From Fibrobacteria bacterium (GTDB lineage Bacteria; Fibrobacterota; Fibrobacteria; UBA11236), in contig JBDSIO010000409.1 of NCBI GenBank assembly GCA_039917895.1, forward strand, positions 1 through 56,025: 56,025 nt of DNA. The letters are read 5' to 3'. The notes below the pieces were generated by a model. It made no database searches. It was given only the letters and a program-made list of their open reading frames with translations, and was not told where the DNA came from. The position numbers and the translations under genes were made by a program. Below are positions 33,123 through 43,126 of the stretch, in pieces (positions within the stretch are counted from its first letter, which is position 1; each line of letters begins with the position of its first letter).

Positions 33123-36100
33123 TTAAAGAGGGATACCCTTGAAGTTTCCTCTACCCCCCTCACCCTTGAATAAATCGTCCCTCTCAAGATACTGAACCGA
33201 AGTGGAAACGTCCAGATTACCTTCAAAGTAGATTAGGAAGTCCAGCTCAAGCCCGGGCATGTTCAAATTCCCCGTGAGGTTCAAGGTTCCATTCGGGAAG
33301 ATATGGATCGGCATGTCATTCGGATCGGTATTGTCGGTGCATCTGCCTCCGTTCCATGTCACCGTCGCTCCCCCTGCCACGTGCAATGCGCCCGTACCTG
33401 ACCCGGTCAGTTCGAAGTTGTTCAGGGTCGTTGTTCCCGACGCGATGTTAACCAGGTTTTTTCCTTGGCAATTCCGGAAGGTCGCGTTGCTGTGGTAGGA
33501 CTCGAGGCTTCGGTTAAACCGAACGCCGTCCCAGATGGTGGCTTGGGAGCCCGAGACTTGAACCGACCCCAGGATGGTATTGGTTGTGGTCCGGTTCTGG
33601 TCATTGGTCGGGAAGCTGCCCGCATTGAAGCCCCCGAGGACCGTGCACCCGTTCATCGTCAAGGTGAGGGTCTGGGAGGAATAATCTCCCGAAGCCAGCC
33701 ATAACTGCTTGTTCGCCGTCTCTCCGGCGGTGATTTGCAGGATGCTCCGGGCGTTTTCCCAACTGGAACCGTCTGCGGCTCCCGCGGCGACGGGCTTGAA
33801 GAAGATTACTCCGGAACGCAGCCAGATGGTGCGCGAAAAGGTCGAGGAATTGTTCGCGGCATCGGTATTCACGGGGGATGTACAGCTTTTGGAACTGTTG
33901 TTGATCAACGTGCAGGTGAATTCCTTGGGAGACCCATCCGCCAGGTAGCTGATGGTCAGGGAAGCGTCATTGGTGATGTAATTATCCCTCAAATCGAAAG
34001 TAGAACCCTTGACCCGGACCTGGGTAAAGACCGGTCCCGTCCGATCCAACTTGATGGTGAAAGTTCCCTCCGGACCCCATCGCCCAAGATCATCCTGCTC
34101 GGTGACATGGATGGTATAGGTCCCGTCCTTATCCTTGTCGGATGCGCCCAGGCTGAAGGTCGTCTGGACGCCGCCATTTACCCGCGGAGTGGTTTCGGCA
34201 TTCACCTTCACGATGTATTTCCCATTGCCGCCGCCTCCGGATTTCCAGGTGAAACCAGGATTGTTGGTCGTTTCGCTATTGGCCAAGTCGGGCACCGCGC
34301 TCTTCACCGTGGGTGCCGCGGGCGGATCCGAATCCACCTTGTAGCTGAACGACTTCGGGGTTCCGGCCACGCCCGGCACCTGGTCCTTTTCCTTGACCGT
34401 CAAGGTATGGGTGGCATTGTCCGAAAGCGGTGCGGTGGGGGTATAGGAGGTCGCCGCACCGCCGTCGAACTCCGCGCCGGCATCCAGTTTCAGGATATAG
34501 CTGCCGATGCCGCCGTTGCTCGCCGAAGGCGTCCACGTCCAGGTCGGTGTGGCGTCCGCGGTCAAGGTCCCGTCCACCCCTACGAAGGTGACCGCGGCCG
34601 GGGCCTTGGTATCCAAAGCCACCGTGCCCGTGAGGGCTTCGGACCAGTTGCCGGCCTTGTCCTGCTCCTGCACGGAAAAGGTGTTGGGTCCTTCCGCGAG
34701 AAGCACCGTGGGGGCTGAAGCCGCATTCGTCTCCGTCCAAGTCCCGGTATTCAGCTTCCAGCGGTACTTCCCGCTCAGGCCGCTGCCGGAGGCGCCGTCC
34801 GCCCCGGCCGACCAGGTCCAGGCTGACTGGGCGACGTTGGTGGGCGAGGCGGGCTTGAGCAGGGCCGTGGGGGGCAAGGGTGGATCGCTGTCGCGCATGA
34901 TCTGCAGCACCGCCTCGCCGGTATTCCCCAGGTTGTCGGTCGCGATCACCTTGACACTGGTGGTCTTCGCGTTGGGGACCTTCAAGGCGGCCAGGGTCCA
35001 GGCTCCATTGGCCCCGGCGGTGAGGGGAGCGGCGGTCCCCGCATCCATGGCATATTCGAGCTTGGCGATGCCGTTCGGTCCCGTGACCGTTCCCGCGAGG
35101 GTGACGGTGTCCGCGGCCGTGACAAAGGTGCCCGAAGGCTGTGGCAGGGTGATGGCGACCGAAGGCTTAGTCACGTCATACTTGATGGCGAGGCTCACGG
35201 GCTTGGACCAGTTTCCGGCCAAATCACGCTCCTGCACGAACAAGGTATAGGTGGTCCCGCTGACGGCGCTGGCCAGGGCATACGCGGAATCGCGCGACTC
35301 CGGAGCATTGGCGGGAAAGCTTGCGTCGACCAGGCGGAACCGGAAGAAGCCCGCGCCACCGTCGCCTCCCGTGGTCCAGGTCCAACGCGGCAGGCTGCTG
35401 GTCGGGGAGGTGCCGGTGACCTTGGGATCTCCCGGTCCGGTGATGTCGATATCGACTTGGGCGGACCCCGCTGCGGACCAATTTCCCGAAGCGTCCCTTT
35501 CGCGGACGTAAAGGACATGCAGTCCCCCGGCGAGATCGACCGCCGGCTTGAAGACGGTATCCGACAAGGACGTGGCGGCCGTGTCGAAGGTCGGCTTGTC
35601 GAGGGAGATCTGATAGGCGCCCGCGCCGCCTCCCCCGGTTTTCCAGGTCCAGGTCGGCCTCCTTTCCTGGGTAGGGCCGGCGGGTATTACGGTCACGGTC
35701 GGCTTGCCCGGGGGCGTGGAATCGTTCGCCACGGGCGCGGCGATGCGCACAATCAATTCGTCCACGATGGCGGGGTTGGAGGCCGAAGCCGCGGTTACAA
35801 TAATCCGCCCCTCCGCCTTGCCCGTTATCCTGCCGTTCTGGATGGAAGCCTTGGCCGGATCGGAAAGGGTGAAAGTTACTGCGGGGTTGGCTCCTTCGGG
35901 CAACACCGAAACCAAGAGGCTCTCGGCCGCGGCTCCCAGCAGGAGATTGAGCGAGTCCTTGGAGAAGGCGACTTTTTCCACGACCAGGACAGCGCCGACC
36001 GTCACACTCGCCATGGCGCTCACGCTGGGCCGCAACAGGGAGGCGGCCGTAATCCGGGTTTGTCCCTGGCGCCGGCCCTGGACCCGGCCGCTCGCGTCCA

Positions 36101-36905
36101 CGGTTGCGATCAAGGTGTCCGCCGAGGACCAGGCGACGGCGGCGGAAGACCCCAAAGGGGCCGCGGCGACGGTGAAGGCGCCGGGCATGCCACCGGCCGC
36201 CACTTGCAGGCTTTCCGGCAGGATCGAGATGGATTCGGGAGCCGGGCCCGAGGCCGAAACGGTCACCGGAATGGTCAAGGTGACATTGGGATTCGCCTGC
36301 AACCGGACCATGAGTTGCCCGGAACCCGCTTGGCGGGCCTTGAGAAAACCAAGGCCCAGATCGAGTAACCCTTCGGGCGCCGCGCTCCATTGCAAATTCT
36401 TATTCACCAAGTCCGCAGGGGAAACCGCGATCACGGGCAGGGCCAGGGAATCACCGACCAAAAGGCTCAAGGACGGCGGGAGAGAGGAAAGGGAAGCATA
36501 AGGGGAAACAACCACCTGGGTTTCACGGGCATTGGACTGGGCGTTCATGCGAGTGTCCACCTGGTAAACCTTGACGCCGGCCTTGGTGCCGGTGATGGAG
36601 ACGGTGATCTGGCCGCCGTCCCAACGGGAGGCCTTGAGTTTGTGGATGTCGGCGGCCGTCCGGACCTTGCCGCGATAGAGGACCTCCAGGGTGTCGCCGT
36701 TCAGCTCCTTAAGGACGATGGACACCTCGTCGAATTGAATCAGGGAATCCGCGATGCGATCGAAGGAAAGGGTATTCTCCACCTTTTCCTCATTGTCGAA
36801 ATAGCATCCCGCAGAGAGCAGGAGCAGGATGGACGCCAAGCCGAGGGGCTTCAGTAATCGAGCGAAGGAAGCGAACTTTCGGCTGGAACGATCAAGGGGG
36901 CTCAA
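33123..36905 (-). CDS. Large cell-surface lipoprotein: Big_2-like Ig domains, five 'xWTW...GGxG' modules and a beta-helix-like C-terminus
   Basis: The TTG start at 36905 overlaps the upstream stop (TTGA) and follows AAAGGAAG. Lipobox LLLLSAGC. The repeated modules include RRPTWTWKTGGGGAGAYQISL..RERDASGNWS, LPRWTWTTGGDGGAGFFRFRL..QERDLAGNWS and others. Confidence 0.75.
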   Translation of the reverse strand: MSPLDRSSRKFASFARLLKPLGLASILLLLSAGCYFDNEEKVENTLSFDRIADSLIQFDEVSIVLKELNGDTLEVLYRGKVRTAADIHKLKASRWDGGQITVSITGTKAGVKVYQVDTRMNAQSNARETQVVVSPYASLSSLPPSLSLLVGDSLALPVIAVSPADLVNKNLQWSAAPEGLLDLGLGFLKARQAGSGQLMVRLQANPNVTLTIPVTVSASGPAPESISILPESLQVAAGGMPGAFTVAAAPLGSSAAVAWSSADTLIATVDASGRVQGRRQGQTRITAASLLRPSVSAMASVTVGAVLVVEKVAFSKDSLNLLLGAAAESLLVSVLPEGANPAVTFTLSDPAKASIQNGRITGKAEGRIIVTAASASNPAIVDELIVRIAAPVANDSTPPGKPTVTVIPAGPTQERRPTWTWKTGGGGAGAYQISLDKPTFDTAATSLSDTVFKPAVDLAGGLHVLYVRERDASGNWSAAGSAQVDIDITGPGDPKVTGTSPTSSLPRWTWTTGGDGGAGFFRFRLVDASFPANAPESRDSAYALASAVSGTTYTLFVQERDLAGNWSKPVSLAIKYDVTKPSVAITLPQPSGTFVTAADTVTLAGTVTGPNGIAKLEYAMDAGTAAPLTAGANGAWTLAALKVPNAKTTSVKVIATDNLGNTGEAVLQIMRDSDPPLPPTALLKPASPTNVAQSAWTWSAGADGASGSGLSGKYRWKLNTGTWTETNAASAPTVLLAEGPNTFSVQEQDKAGNWSEALTGTVALDTKAPAAVTFVGVDGTLTADATPTWTWTPSASNGGIGSYILKLDAGAEFDGGAATSYTPTAPLSDNATHTLTVKEKDQVPGVAGTPKSFSYKVDSDPPAAPTVKSAVPDLANSETTNNPGFTWKSGGGGNGKYIVKVNAETTPRVNGGVQTTFSLGASDKDKDGTYTIHVTEQDDLGRWGPEGTFTIKLDRTGPVFTQVRVKGSTFDLRDNYITNDASLTISYLADGSPKEFTCTLINNSSKSCTSPVNTDAANNSSTFSRTIWLRSGVIFFKPVAAGAADGSSWENARSILQITAGETANKQLWLASGDYSSQTLTLTMNGCTVLGGFNAGSFPTNDQNRTTTNTILGSVQVSGSQATIWDGVRFNRSLESYHSNATFRNCQGKNLVNIASGTTTLNNFELTGSGTGALHVAGGATVTWNGGRCTDNTDPNDMPIHIFPNGTLNLTGNLNMPGLELDFLIYFEGNLDVSTSVQYLERDDLFKGEGGRGNFKGIPL

Positions 36906-37639
36906 AATTGAACTTCCTTTCCAGTTACGGTTGATTGGGGCTCGGCGCTGAAGATGAAATATGCGCCGACTCCGGCCGCGACCGCGGTAACGGCGACGCC
37001 GGTCCAAACCCACTTCTTCCCGCTGGAGGCGGATTCTTTCGTCGCCCGTTGGGGACGAGGTCGCGCCACCTCAGGTTCCGGTTGGCTTTCCCGGACCGGC
37101 ATGCTGTCGGCCCGGGCATGCTTACGACCCCTATCCGGGGTAGGCTTCCGGTTCTGTTCGAATTCCTCCTGGATGTTCTTGAAGATCATGTAAATCATAT
37201 CGCTGGCGTACATATCCATGATTTTTGCCGTTGGTTCCACGGACAGGAGCTTGTGCATGTAATACTTCCCCTTCTCCCGCGTCTCGTTTTGCGCCGCGTA
37301 CATCACTCCCAAATGCTTGAAGATGAAAATGCTGTCCTCGTGCCGGTATGCCCGGGTCTCCTTGAGGTTGTCCTCCAGGATGGCGATGGCCGCGTCGAAA
37401 TCGCCATCAAGGTAGAGACGGTGCACCCCGGCGGAATCGAACCGTGGAGAGCCCGAGCCGGAGGCAGCAGGGGCCGCAGCCTGAGCCGATTGCGCAGGTA
37501 TGCCGGATTTGGTGGAAGGCTTGGACCATGCGACTCCGAGAGCGAGCAGGATCAGGGTAATGACCCGGCCGGGTGAAAATAGGCGGAACGGCCGACCCGG
37601 GGCCTGGGGAGAATGGGAGGCGATGAAGGGTAAATACAT
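36902..37639 (-). CDS. Hypothetical envelope protein (signal/anchor, TPR-like segment, C-terminal TM)
   Basis: N-terminal hydrophobic VITLILLALGVAWS; C-terminal WVWTGVAVTAVAAGVGAYFIF. It is translationally coupled to the surface-protein gene. Confidence 0.55.
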   Translation of the reverse strand: MYLPFIASHSPQAPGRPFRLFSPGRVITLILLALGVAWSKPSTKSGIPAQSAQAAAPAASGSGSPRFDSAGVHRLYLDGDFDAAIAILEDNLKETRAYRHEDSIFIFKHLGVMYAAQNETREKGKYYMHKLLSVEPTAKIMDMYASDMIYMIFKNIQEEFEQNRKPTPDRGRKHARADSMPVRESQPEPEVARPRPQRATKESASSGKKWVWTGVAVTAVAAGVGAYFIFSAEPQSTVTGKEVQF

Positions 37640-38022
37640 GCAGGTTTCCTCTTGGTTCGCCCAGGTGGCGGAAAAGCCAATCCTCTAAATTAGACGTTCG
37701 GTGACGATGATTGCGTCAGTTGGAAAAGGTAATGCGACGACTTCCAAAATAGTTTGTTCCCCGTCACACTCTACTCTGGGAAGGGAAAAACAGGGCCGGA
37801 AGGAGACCGTTAAGGTCTCGAGTCCGTTTTCAGGGAAGAATGCCTCAAATTGCTGAAATCAGCTTCGGATTGGACTACGGGATCCTGGGATGAGGACGGG
37901 AGAGCCTTCCGCGAGCATTTCATGGTATCCGGTGGATCCAATTGCGAGCCTGAACGAGGGCTATCTCGTTTTCCACCACGGGGCCTTTGCTATGAGCAGC
38001 TTCGTCGGGGATACGGGGCGCT

Positions 38023-39705
38023 TCAGTCGCGGATGAACTTGACCATGCGGTACCCATCGGCCGTTTTCACGGATAGGAAATAGACACCGGGCATTCGCAC
38101 TTCTTCCAAGGAGACCGGGGCGGGGCCCTGGGCCGACTTGGAAATCACCGGACGGCCGCGCAGGTCGAGGACTTCCAACGCGAAGGCGGAGGAGGTGGCC
38201 ACTTTTACGGATAGACCCGAAGCGCGCAGGAATTCCACAGTAGGACCGGAAGCAGTGGGGGATATCCCCTGGACGATGCCGGTGCTTACCGTTTCCAGCT
38301 TCGGCAGATTGGGGCGGCAGGGACCCGAATACTCGATGCGGATGATGCCGGTCTGCGCCGTGCGGGTGCGATAGCCCGCGTAATTGTTCACGTATAGGGC
38401 GCCGTCCGGACCGAACTGCAGATCCAAGGGAGCGTGCAACCGCACCGCTGAAACCACCTGGTCGGTGCCGGTGATGGCGGTGCCGTCCTCGTTGAGGGAG
38501 AAGGCGTTCAACTTGTTGTTGTCGCCGTTGAAATCGGTTACCAGCCATTTGCGGTGGAGATGGGGCGGGAACTTGATGGACGAATTCAGGTCGCCGTCAT
38601 AGCGGTAGATGGGGCCCGTGATGGCGCAGGCTTTCTTGTAGGCGTAGATGGGCGCTATGGCCTTGGGCAAAGTGGTCATGCCCGGCTGGGCGCCCTCCCA
38701 GGCATAGCCGTTGGGCATGGCCGGGGCGTTGGCGTTTGTGCCGGGCTTGGTGGCGAAGTCCCCGGCGAAGAACGGGTACCCGTAATTACCGGGGGCCTTG
38801 GCCAGGTTGTATTCCTCGGTCTTCTCGGTCGCCCCGGCCTGGTTCATGGGCGCGCCGTCGAAGTTCTTTCCATCCGGGCCCACATCGCCCCAGGTCAGCC
38901 AGCGGCGGATCGGGTCCACATAGAGGGTGTAGGGATTGCGATTGCCCATGATGTAGATCTCGGGCCGAGTGTTGGCGGTGCCCGCCTGGAAAAGGTTACC
39001 CGCCGGGCTGGTGTATTTACCGTCGGCAGTGGGATGGATGCGCAGGATTTTGCCTCGCAGATCATTCGTATTCGGGGAGCTGTAAAGCGGGTAATCGGAA
39101 CCATCTTTGTAATCGTTGCCGGTAGTGATCCACAGATCGCCGTAACTGTCGAATTGCATGGCTCCTCCGGGATGCTTTGAACCGGAATTGATGGGGATCT
39201 TGAGGACCGGGATTTCCGTGGCCAAGTCCAGGTTGGTATGGGCGGCATTGAGAGTGAACCTTGACACGCGCCAGGTCTTCTCAGAGGCGGACACGAAGGT
39301 GTAATAGATGAATACCTGGTGGTTCGCCTTGAAGGCCGGGTCGAGCGCGATCCCCAGCACGCCATCGGAAGATCCGCCTTCATTGATGTTGAGGGGGATG
39401 GTAGCCAAGGTCAACACCGATCCGGTCTTGGAATCGAACTTGCGCACGCGGCCGAGCCGTTCCGTGAAGTACACGTCCACCTTGTCCTTGGCGTCTTCCG
39501 TAGGTGAGGCCATCAGGTCGAATGCCATTTTCATGGGTTCGTTGACATCGTCCTTGCCGCGGGTAGCGATATCAGTCGCCTTAAATTCCGTGGCCGCCAT
39601 ATCCGCGCAGTCGGACCACTTGACGTCCGCATGGGCGCGGGGAACGGCGATGGAGGCGGAAATCATCAATAACGCGAATGAGATTTTGGGAATCATGCTG
39701 TGCAC
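38023..39705 (-). CDS. Secreted PQQ-dependent sugar dehydrogenase-like beta-propeller with a T9SS-type C-terminal sorting domain
   Basis: GVLGIALDPAFKANHQVFIYYT and HPGGAMQFDSYGDLWITTGN are SGDH-type motifs. The CTD-like tail reads LEVLDLRGRPV...MPGVYFLSVKTADGYRMVKFIRD. Confidence 0.7.
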   Translation of the reverse strand: MHSMIPKISFALLMISASIAVPRAHADVKWSDCADMAATEFKATDIATRGKDDVNEPMKMAFDLMASPTEDAKDKVDVYFTERLGRVRKFDSKTGSVLTLATIPLNINEGGSSDGVLGIALDPAFKANHQVFIYYTFVSASEKTWRVSRFTLNAAHTNLDLATEIPVLKIPINSGSKHPGGAMQFDSYGDLWITTGNDYKDGSDYPLYSSPNTNDLRGKILRIHPTADGKYTSPAGNLFQAGTANTRPEIYIMGNRNPYTLYVDPIRRWLTWGDVGPDGKNFDGAPMNQAGATEKTEEYNLAKAPGNYGYPFFAGDFATKPGTNANAPAMPNGYAWEGAQPGMTTLPKAIAPIYAYKKACAITGPIYRYDGDLNSSIKFPPHLHRKWLVTDFNGDNNKLNAFSLNEDGTAITGTDQVVSAVRLHAPLDLQFGPDGALYVNNYAGYRTRTAQTGIIRIEYSGPCRPNLPKLETVSTGIVQGISPTASGPTVEFLRASGLSVKVATSSAFALEVLDLRGRPVISKSAQGPAPVSLEEVRMPGVYFLSVKTADGYRMVKFIRD

Positions 39706-39920
39706 CCCTATCGGAATGGGCCTTTGCCGCTGGATTCCCCCGGTGGAGGAATCCTCGTAAGAGATTTCCCCAGGGCGAAATCACCCGAGCATAAGTAATT
39801 CTAAAATATAGCATAGGTAACTCGAACGCCCTATTCAATATTGGAACCCCGCGCCTTGCCTCAAATACCGGTCTTTCCCCCTTTTCAGCATCCCCATTTC
39901 ATCTAATTAGAGGGCTGGCC

Positions 39921-40368
39921 GGGAACTCCGGGGGAATCACCTATGAATCGTCTTTCCAATCCGTTTTTGGCAATTGCCGTTCTTGTCGCCTTCTTCCGGG
40001 CGCCTTGGAACAACCCGGAGAAGCCTTCCCCGTCGCAGGCCTGTTATTGGCCACCATGACCCTGCCTAACACCATGGCCCTGGCCAATGTCTATACCGGG
40101 GACGCCGAAGGCGCGCAGCGCTGGAGGAAAGCCGTATTCTGGTGCGATATGGGTTTGGCCGTTACGGCGGCGGGCCTGGGCACTTACCTGCTTACTTCGC
40201 CCTGGACCAGTCCGGGATCCGTTGACCGCCGGAACGATCGGCTCATAGCGGGGGGCTTCCTCTTAGGAGCCTATGCGCTCCCCCTATTCGGATCCGCGTA
40301 TCTGGATCGTAAGGCCTTTCATATGGAGACCGCGTCCCACCTCGCGCCCGACCTCGGCGTGGGCCTCG
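39921..40368. repeat. Copy 1 of a dispersed direct repeat (partner 43127-43671), carrying a 97-bp deletion relative to copy 2
   Basis: Hand alignment gives about 22 substitutions over ~448 aligned bases. A further short match is 39824-39855 versus 43018-43049. Confidence 0.85.
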
Positions 40369-40469
40369 AACCCAACCGTAGTGGTCGGGCTTGGCTGGCA
40401 TGGATAAGCCTTCTCCAAAGGTTTGGATGGACGCCCTTCTCCCGGCATTCGCGATGTGGCATGGACTAA
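39943..40469 (+). pseudogene. Truncated and frameshifted paralogue of the 43149..44192 membrane protein gene
   Basis: ATG 39943 (MNRLSNPFLAIAVLV, as in copy 2) runs into a stop after about 38 codons. The 97-bp deletion puts the conserved body (track ORF 40005..40469) out of frame, since 62 nt is not a multiple of 3. Confidence 0.6.
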
Positions 40470-40554
40470 GACTAGTGGCATTCGATCGGGGTTTTGAGTC
40501 GTACCGTAAAAAGGGGCTCGACCTTCAATTGCTGAGATCCAGCGCCGTCCGGAA

Positions 40555-41910
40555 TTAGGGCTCGGGTCCCGATTCGCGACCGAGAGCATCCTTACCGGCA
40601 TTCCCAACAGGGAAGAGCAACCTGGGCGTACTGGCCGTTCGGCCGCGCCTGTCCAGAGGCGCGGAAGTTGGGGAGAATATTCCGGAGCCCTGTCGTTCAT
40701 TGAAAAACACGAAGGTTCCGCGGCGGCGCGCGACCAGGATATCCGGCGCGCCGTTACCGTCCACGTCCGCGAGGGTGATCTGCGTTCCGATGCCTGCCTC
40801 GGAATCGATGAGGTAGGGCGTAAACTTCGGGGGTTGATCCTGCGGCCGCGTGAGGCGGAACCAGTACAACACCGCCGGGGAATCCACATCGCTGACGCCG
40901 TTGCCGTGAGCCCCTTTGCGTTTACCGGTGACCAAATCCTTTAACCCATCGCCGTCCAAGTCGGCGATCGCGAGCGCGTGTAATTGCGAAAAGGCGACTC
41001 CGTACTTTTGCTTTTCGCCGGGCAGGCCGACGATAGGATGCGCCGTGAAGGTTTCGCCTGCGCCCTGGTTCTCGAACCAAGATAACCCGAAGGCGTGGGC
41101 TTGGAGGCTGCTCACCACGTCGCTGTCCCCGTCGCCGTCCACGTCAAAGGCGAGGATTTGCGCGCCCCCGGGTCCTTCCCCGGCAGTCGTCTGGCTCCAG
41201 AAAGCTGCGGCATGGGACTTCCAATTCATACTGGACGAGGGCAGGGGCTGTTCCCACCATCCGGTTGGAAAGATCAGATCGGAACGGCCGTCGCCATTCA
41301 GATCACCGGCGCCGATGCCGTGGGTGAATTCCCCCCAAGTGCCTTTGTCGGTAACGGCGCGGAAGGTCCAGGCCGATGCCGGGCGGGCCCAGTCAGGCGC
41401 GGCCCAACCGCCGAAGCCGCCGGAGTTGGTGATCAGTACTGGCTTGCCGTCGTTGTGGATATCGAGAAGGGCGGCCGATTCGTTCTGCACCGCCGCGAAG
41501 GCCGCATGCTCGGGCCAATATCCCGCCGCGCCCTTGGGGTTCTCATACCATACCGCTTCGGCGCCTCCGTCCTTTCGCGTGGAGAGCAGATCGATCCAAC
41601 CGTCCGCATTGAAGTCGAAGGGGAAGAGCGAGTAGCAGTCGGAATCGCCGGCGCTATCGAATGGCGCGCTGCGCGGAAGGCGGAAGGCGACCTTGCGCGC
41701 AAAGTCGGGGCCGGGATAGTAGTAGGGTCCGGCCGCGATGTCGGGCTTGCCGTCATGATCGAAATCACCGGCATTGATGCCTTCGGAATAGAATTGGGGA
41801 TTGAGGCGGAACTTGCGGAACGGCACGGGTCCGTCCCCGGCCATGATTGGGAGTGAGGGGAGTATGGCGAAGGCCACGACCAGAATGGAGACGGCGCGGA
41901 ACGATTGCAT
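40555..41910 (-). CDS. FG-GAP/VCBS-repeat beta-propeller protein, secreted
   Basis: A signal peptide is present. Seven DxDxDG-type repeats are visible: DFDHDGKPDI, DFNADGWIDL, DIHNDGKPVL, DLNGDGRSDL, DVDGDGDSDV, DLDGDGLKDL and DVDGNGAPDI. Confidence 0.75.
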   Translation of the reverse strand: MQSFRAVSILVVAFAILPSLPIMAGDGPVPFRKFRLNPQFYSEGINAGDFDHDGKPDIAAGPYYYPGPDFARKVAFRLPRSAPFDSAGDSDCYSLFPFDFNADGWIDLLSTRKDGGAEAVWYENPKGAAGYWPEHAAFAAVQNESAALLDIHNDGKPVLITNSGGFGGWAAPDWARPASAWTFRAVTDKGTWGEFTHGIGAGDLNGDGRSDLIFPTGWWEQPLPSSSMNWKSHAAAFWSQTTAGEGPGGAQILAFDVDGDGDSDVVSSLQAHAFGLSWFENQGAGETFTAHPIVGLPGEKQKYGVAFSQLHALAIADLDGDGLKDLVTGKRKGAHGNGVSDVDSPAVLYWFRLTRPQDQPPKFTPYLIDSEAGIGTQITLADVDGNGAPDILVARRRGTFVFFNERQGSGIFSPTSAPLDRRGRTASTPRLLFPVGNAGKDALGRESGPEP

Positions 41911-42194
41911 GGATCCTCCGCATGAATGTTAAGGAATTTACCCGGTTTTGGCTGGACACTTTTCAGCGCACTGGCGGATCCATGAAAACGTAATGCGGAC
42001 TACGCTCCCTTACCCGAAATCCGTTTGGAAATTGTAATTCGGAATCTGTGCGCCAATCGATATGATGATTCATTCCGGACTCGATTTTTTAATCCATGCG
42101 GATTTGAAGGGGGCCCACATAACCACGGCTTCGATGCGGGACGAGGGTAACGGGATGATTACCGTAACCTTGAAGGAGCTCGGATATTGCGTGA

Positions 42195-42269
42195 GCCCGG
42201 GGGCAGGGCGCCGTGTTCTACGACGGGGACCGGCTGCTGGGCGGGGCGCGGATCCGGGAGACGTTCTAG
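42195..42269 (+). pseudogene. Short remnant of the 3' end of mnmA (tRNA 2-thiouridylase)
   Basis: ARGQGAVFYDGDRLLGGARIRETF* resembles the MnmA C-terminus (..PGQ.AVFYDGD..LGGG.I). It is preceded in other frames by ILREP and ITVTLKE. No upstream mnmA body is present. Confidence 0.4.
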
Positions 42270-42904
42270 GTTCCGCTATCCGGCCTGGCGCGGCCGCTCA
42301 GGGCGACATCCACACTTCGCCGAGGGACTTGCCGGCGATAGCGTCCGCCATACCCCTGGGGGATCCCCGTCAGCAGGAAATCGCCATTGGCATCGCTGAC
42401 GGCGAAATAGGAAGTGCCGGGAATGTACGCGATCACGCCCTCCTCCCCGGCGCCGGATCCCGTCACTCTCCCCCGGATGCCCTCGGAAACCCGCATGGTG
42501 TCCACGCCCACGTCCAGGGCCTGCCCCGGTCCCGCGAATGCCACCTGCGGAACCAAGGCCACCAGGCCTTGAGCCTCCTGTCCGCCGATCAGGTTGTACG
42601 TCCCCGAGTCGAGCCCACGGAATGCATACCTTCCAGATGGGTCCGTAAAGGTGGTTTCCATGGCCGCATCGGGCATGCCGGGCGAGGGCAGGCGGAAGCC
42701 GCCGACCGGCAGAGCCGCAACGCGCGCGCCGGCCATCAACCGGCCGGTGGTGTCCACCAGGGTACCGCGCAGGCCGGCGACATGAGTACCTTCCGTTGCG
42801 GGATGCCCGCGGCCCGGTTTATCGCTTTCGAACAGGCAACCGGCCATGGAAAAAGCAATCATGCCGGAAAGGAGGGATCCGCGGAGCGGCAAGGTCTCAA
42901 GCAT
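42266..42904 (-). CDS. Lipoprotein with two carboxypeptidase-regulatory-like (CarboxypepD_reg) domains
   Basis: MLETLPLRGSLLSGMIAFSMAGC (lipobox); GTLVDTTGRLMAGARV...TDPSGRYAFRGLDSGTYNL and IRGRVTG...SDANGDFLLTGIPQG. The C-terminal 25 aa look atypical. Confidence 0.55.
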   Translation of the reverse strand: MLETLPLRGSLLSGMIAFSMAGCLFESDKPGRGHPATEGTHVAGLRGTLVDTTGRLMAGARVAALPVGGFRLPSPGMPDAAMETTFTDPSGRYAFRGLDSGTYNLIGGQEAQGLVALVPQVAFAGPGQALDVGVDTMRVSEGIRGRVTGSGAGEEGVIAYIPGTSYFAVSDANGDFLLTGIPQGYGGRYRRQVPRRSVDVALSGRARPDSGT

Positions 42905-43126
42905 GTTCAATCTCCCGGGCTGGATGGAAGGAATGGGGGGTATAGATAATGATGTCCGAAGCAAGCATGGGCATAAAGTAGTCGGCGGAGGGGATTGCCA
43001 GGTTCGCATCCCGCAAGGAACGCCCTATTCAATCTTGGAACCCCGCGCCCTCCCTTCGAGGCTGAAATAACGGAAACGGCGGGAAGCACATTGTCCGGCC
43101 CGATCGTCTTATTACCAGACCATTTC

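Noticed and set aside
33735-36501. Several 250-390-aa ORFs (33735..34718 +, 34507..35250 +, 35224..36390 -, 35457..36368 +, 35704..36501 +) inside the large surface-protein gene
   Set aside because: All overlap the 33123..36905 (-) frame, which has a modular repeat structure and a lipoprotein signal. The alternatives are Arg/Gly-rich shadows.
39841-39860. ttGGaaccccgcgccttGCc in the duplicated intergenic block, considered as a second sigma-54 promoter
   Set aside because: GG and GC are 13 nt apart, not 10, and the TGGCAC/TTGC cores are poor. In copy 2 the TTGC part is not conserved.
42062-42949. 295-aa plus-strand ORF
   Set aside because: Most of it is antisense to the CarboxypepD_reg lipoprotein gene. 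Only its first ~60 codons overlap the region I interpret as a decayed mnmA fragment.
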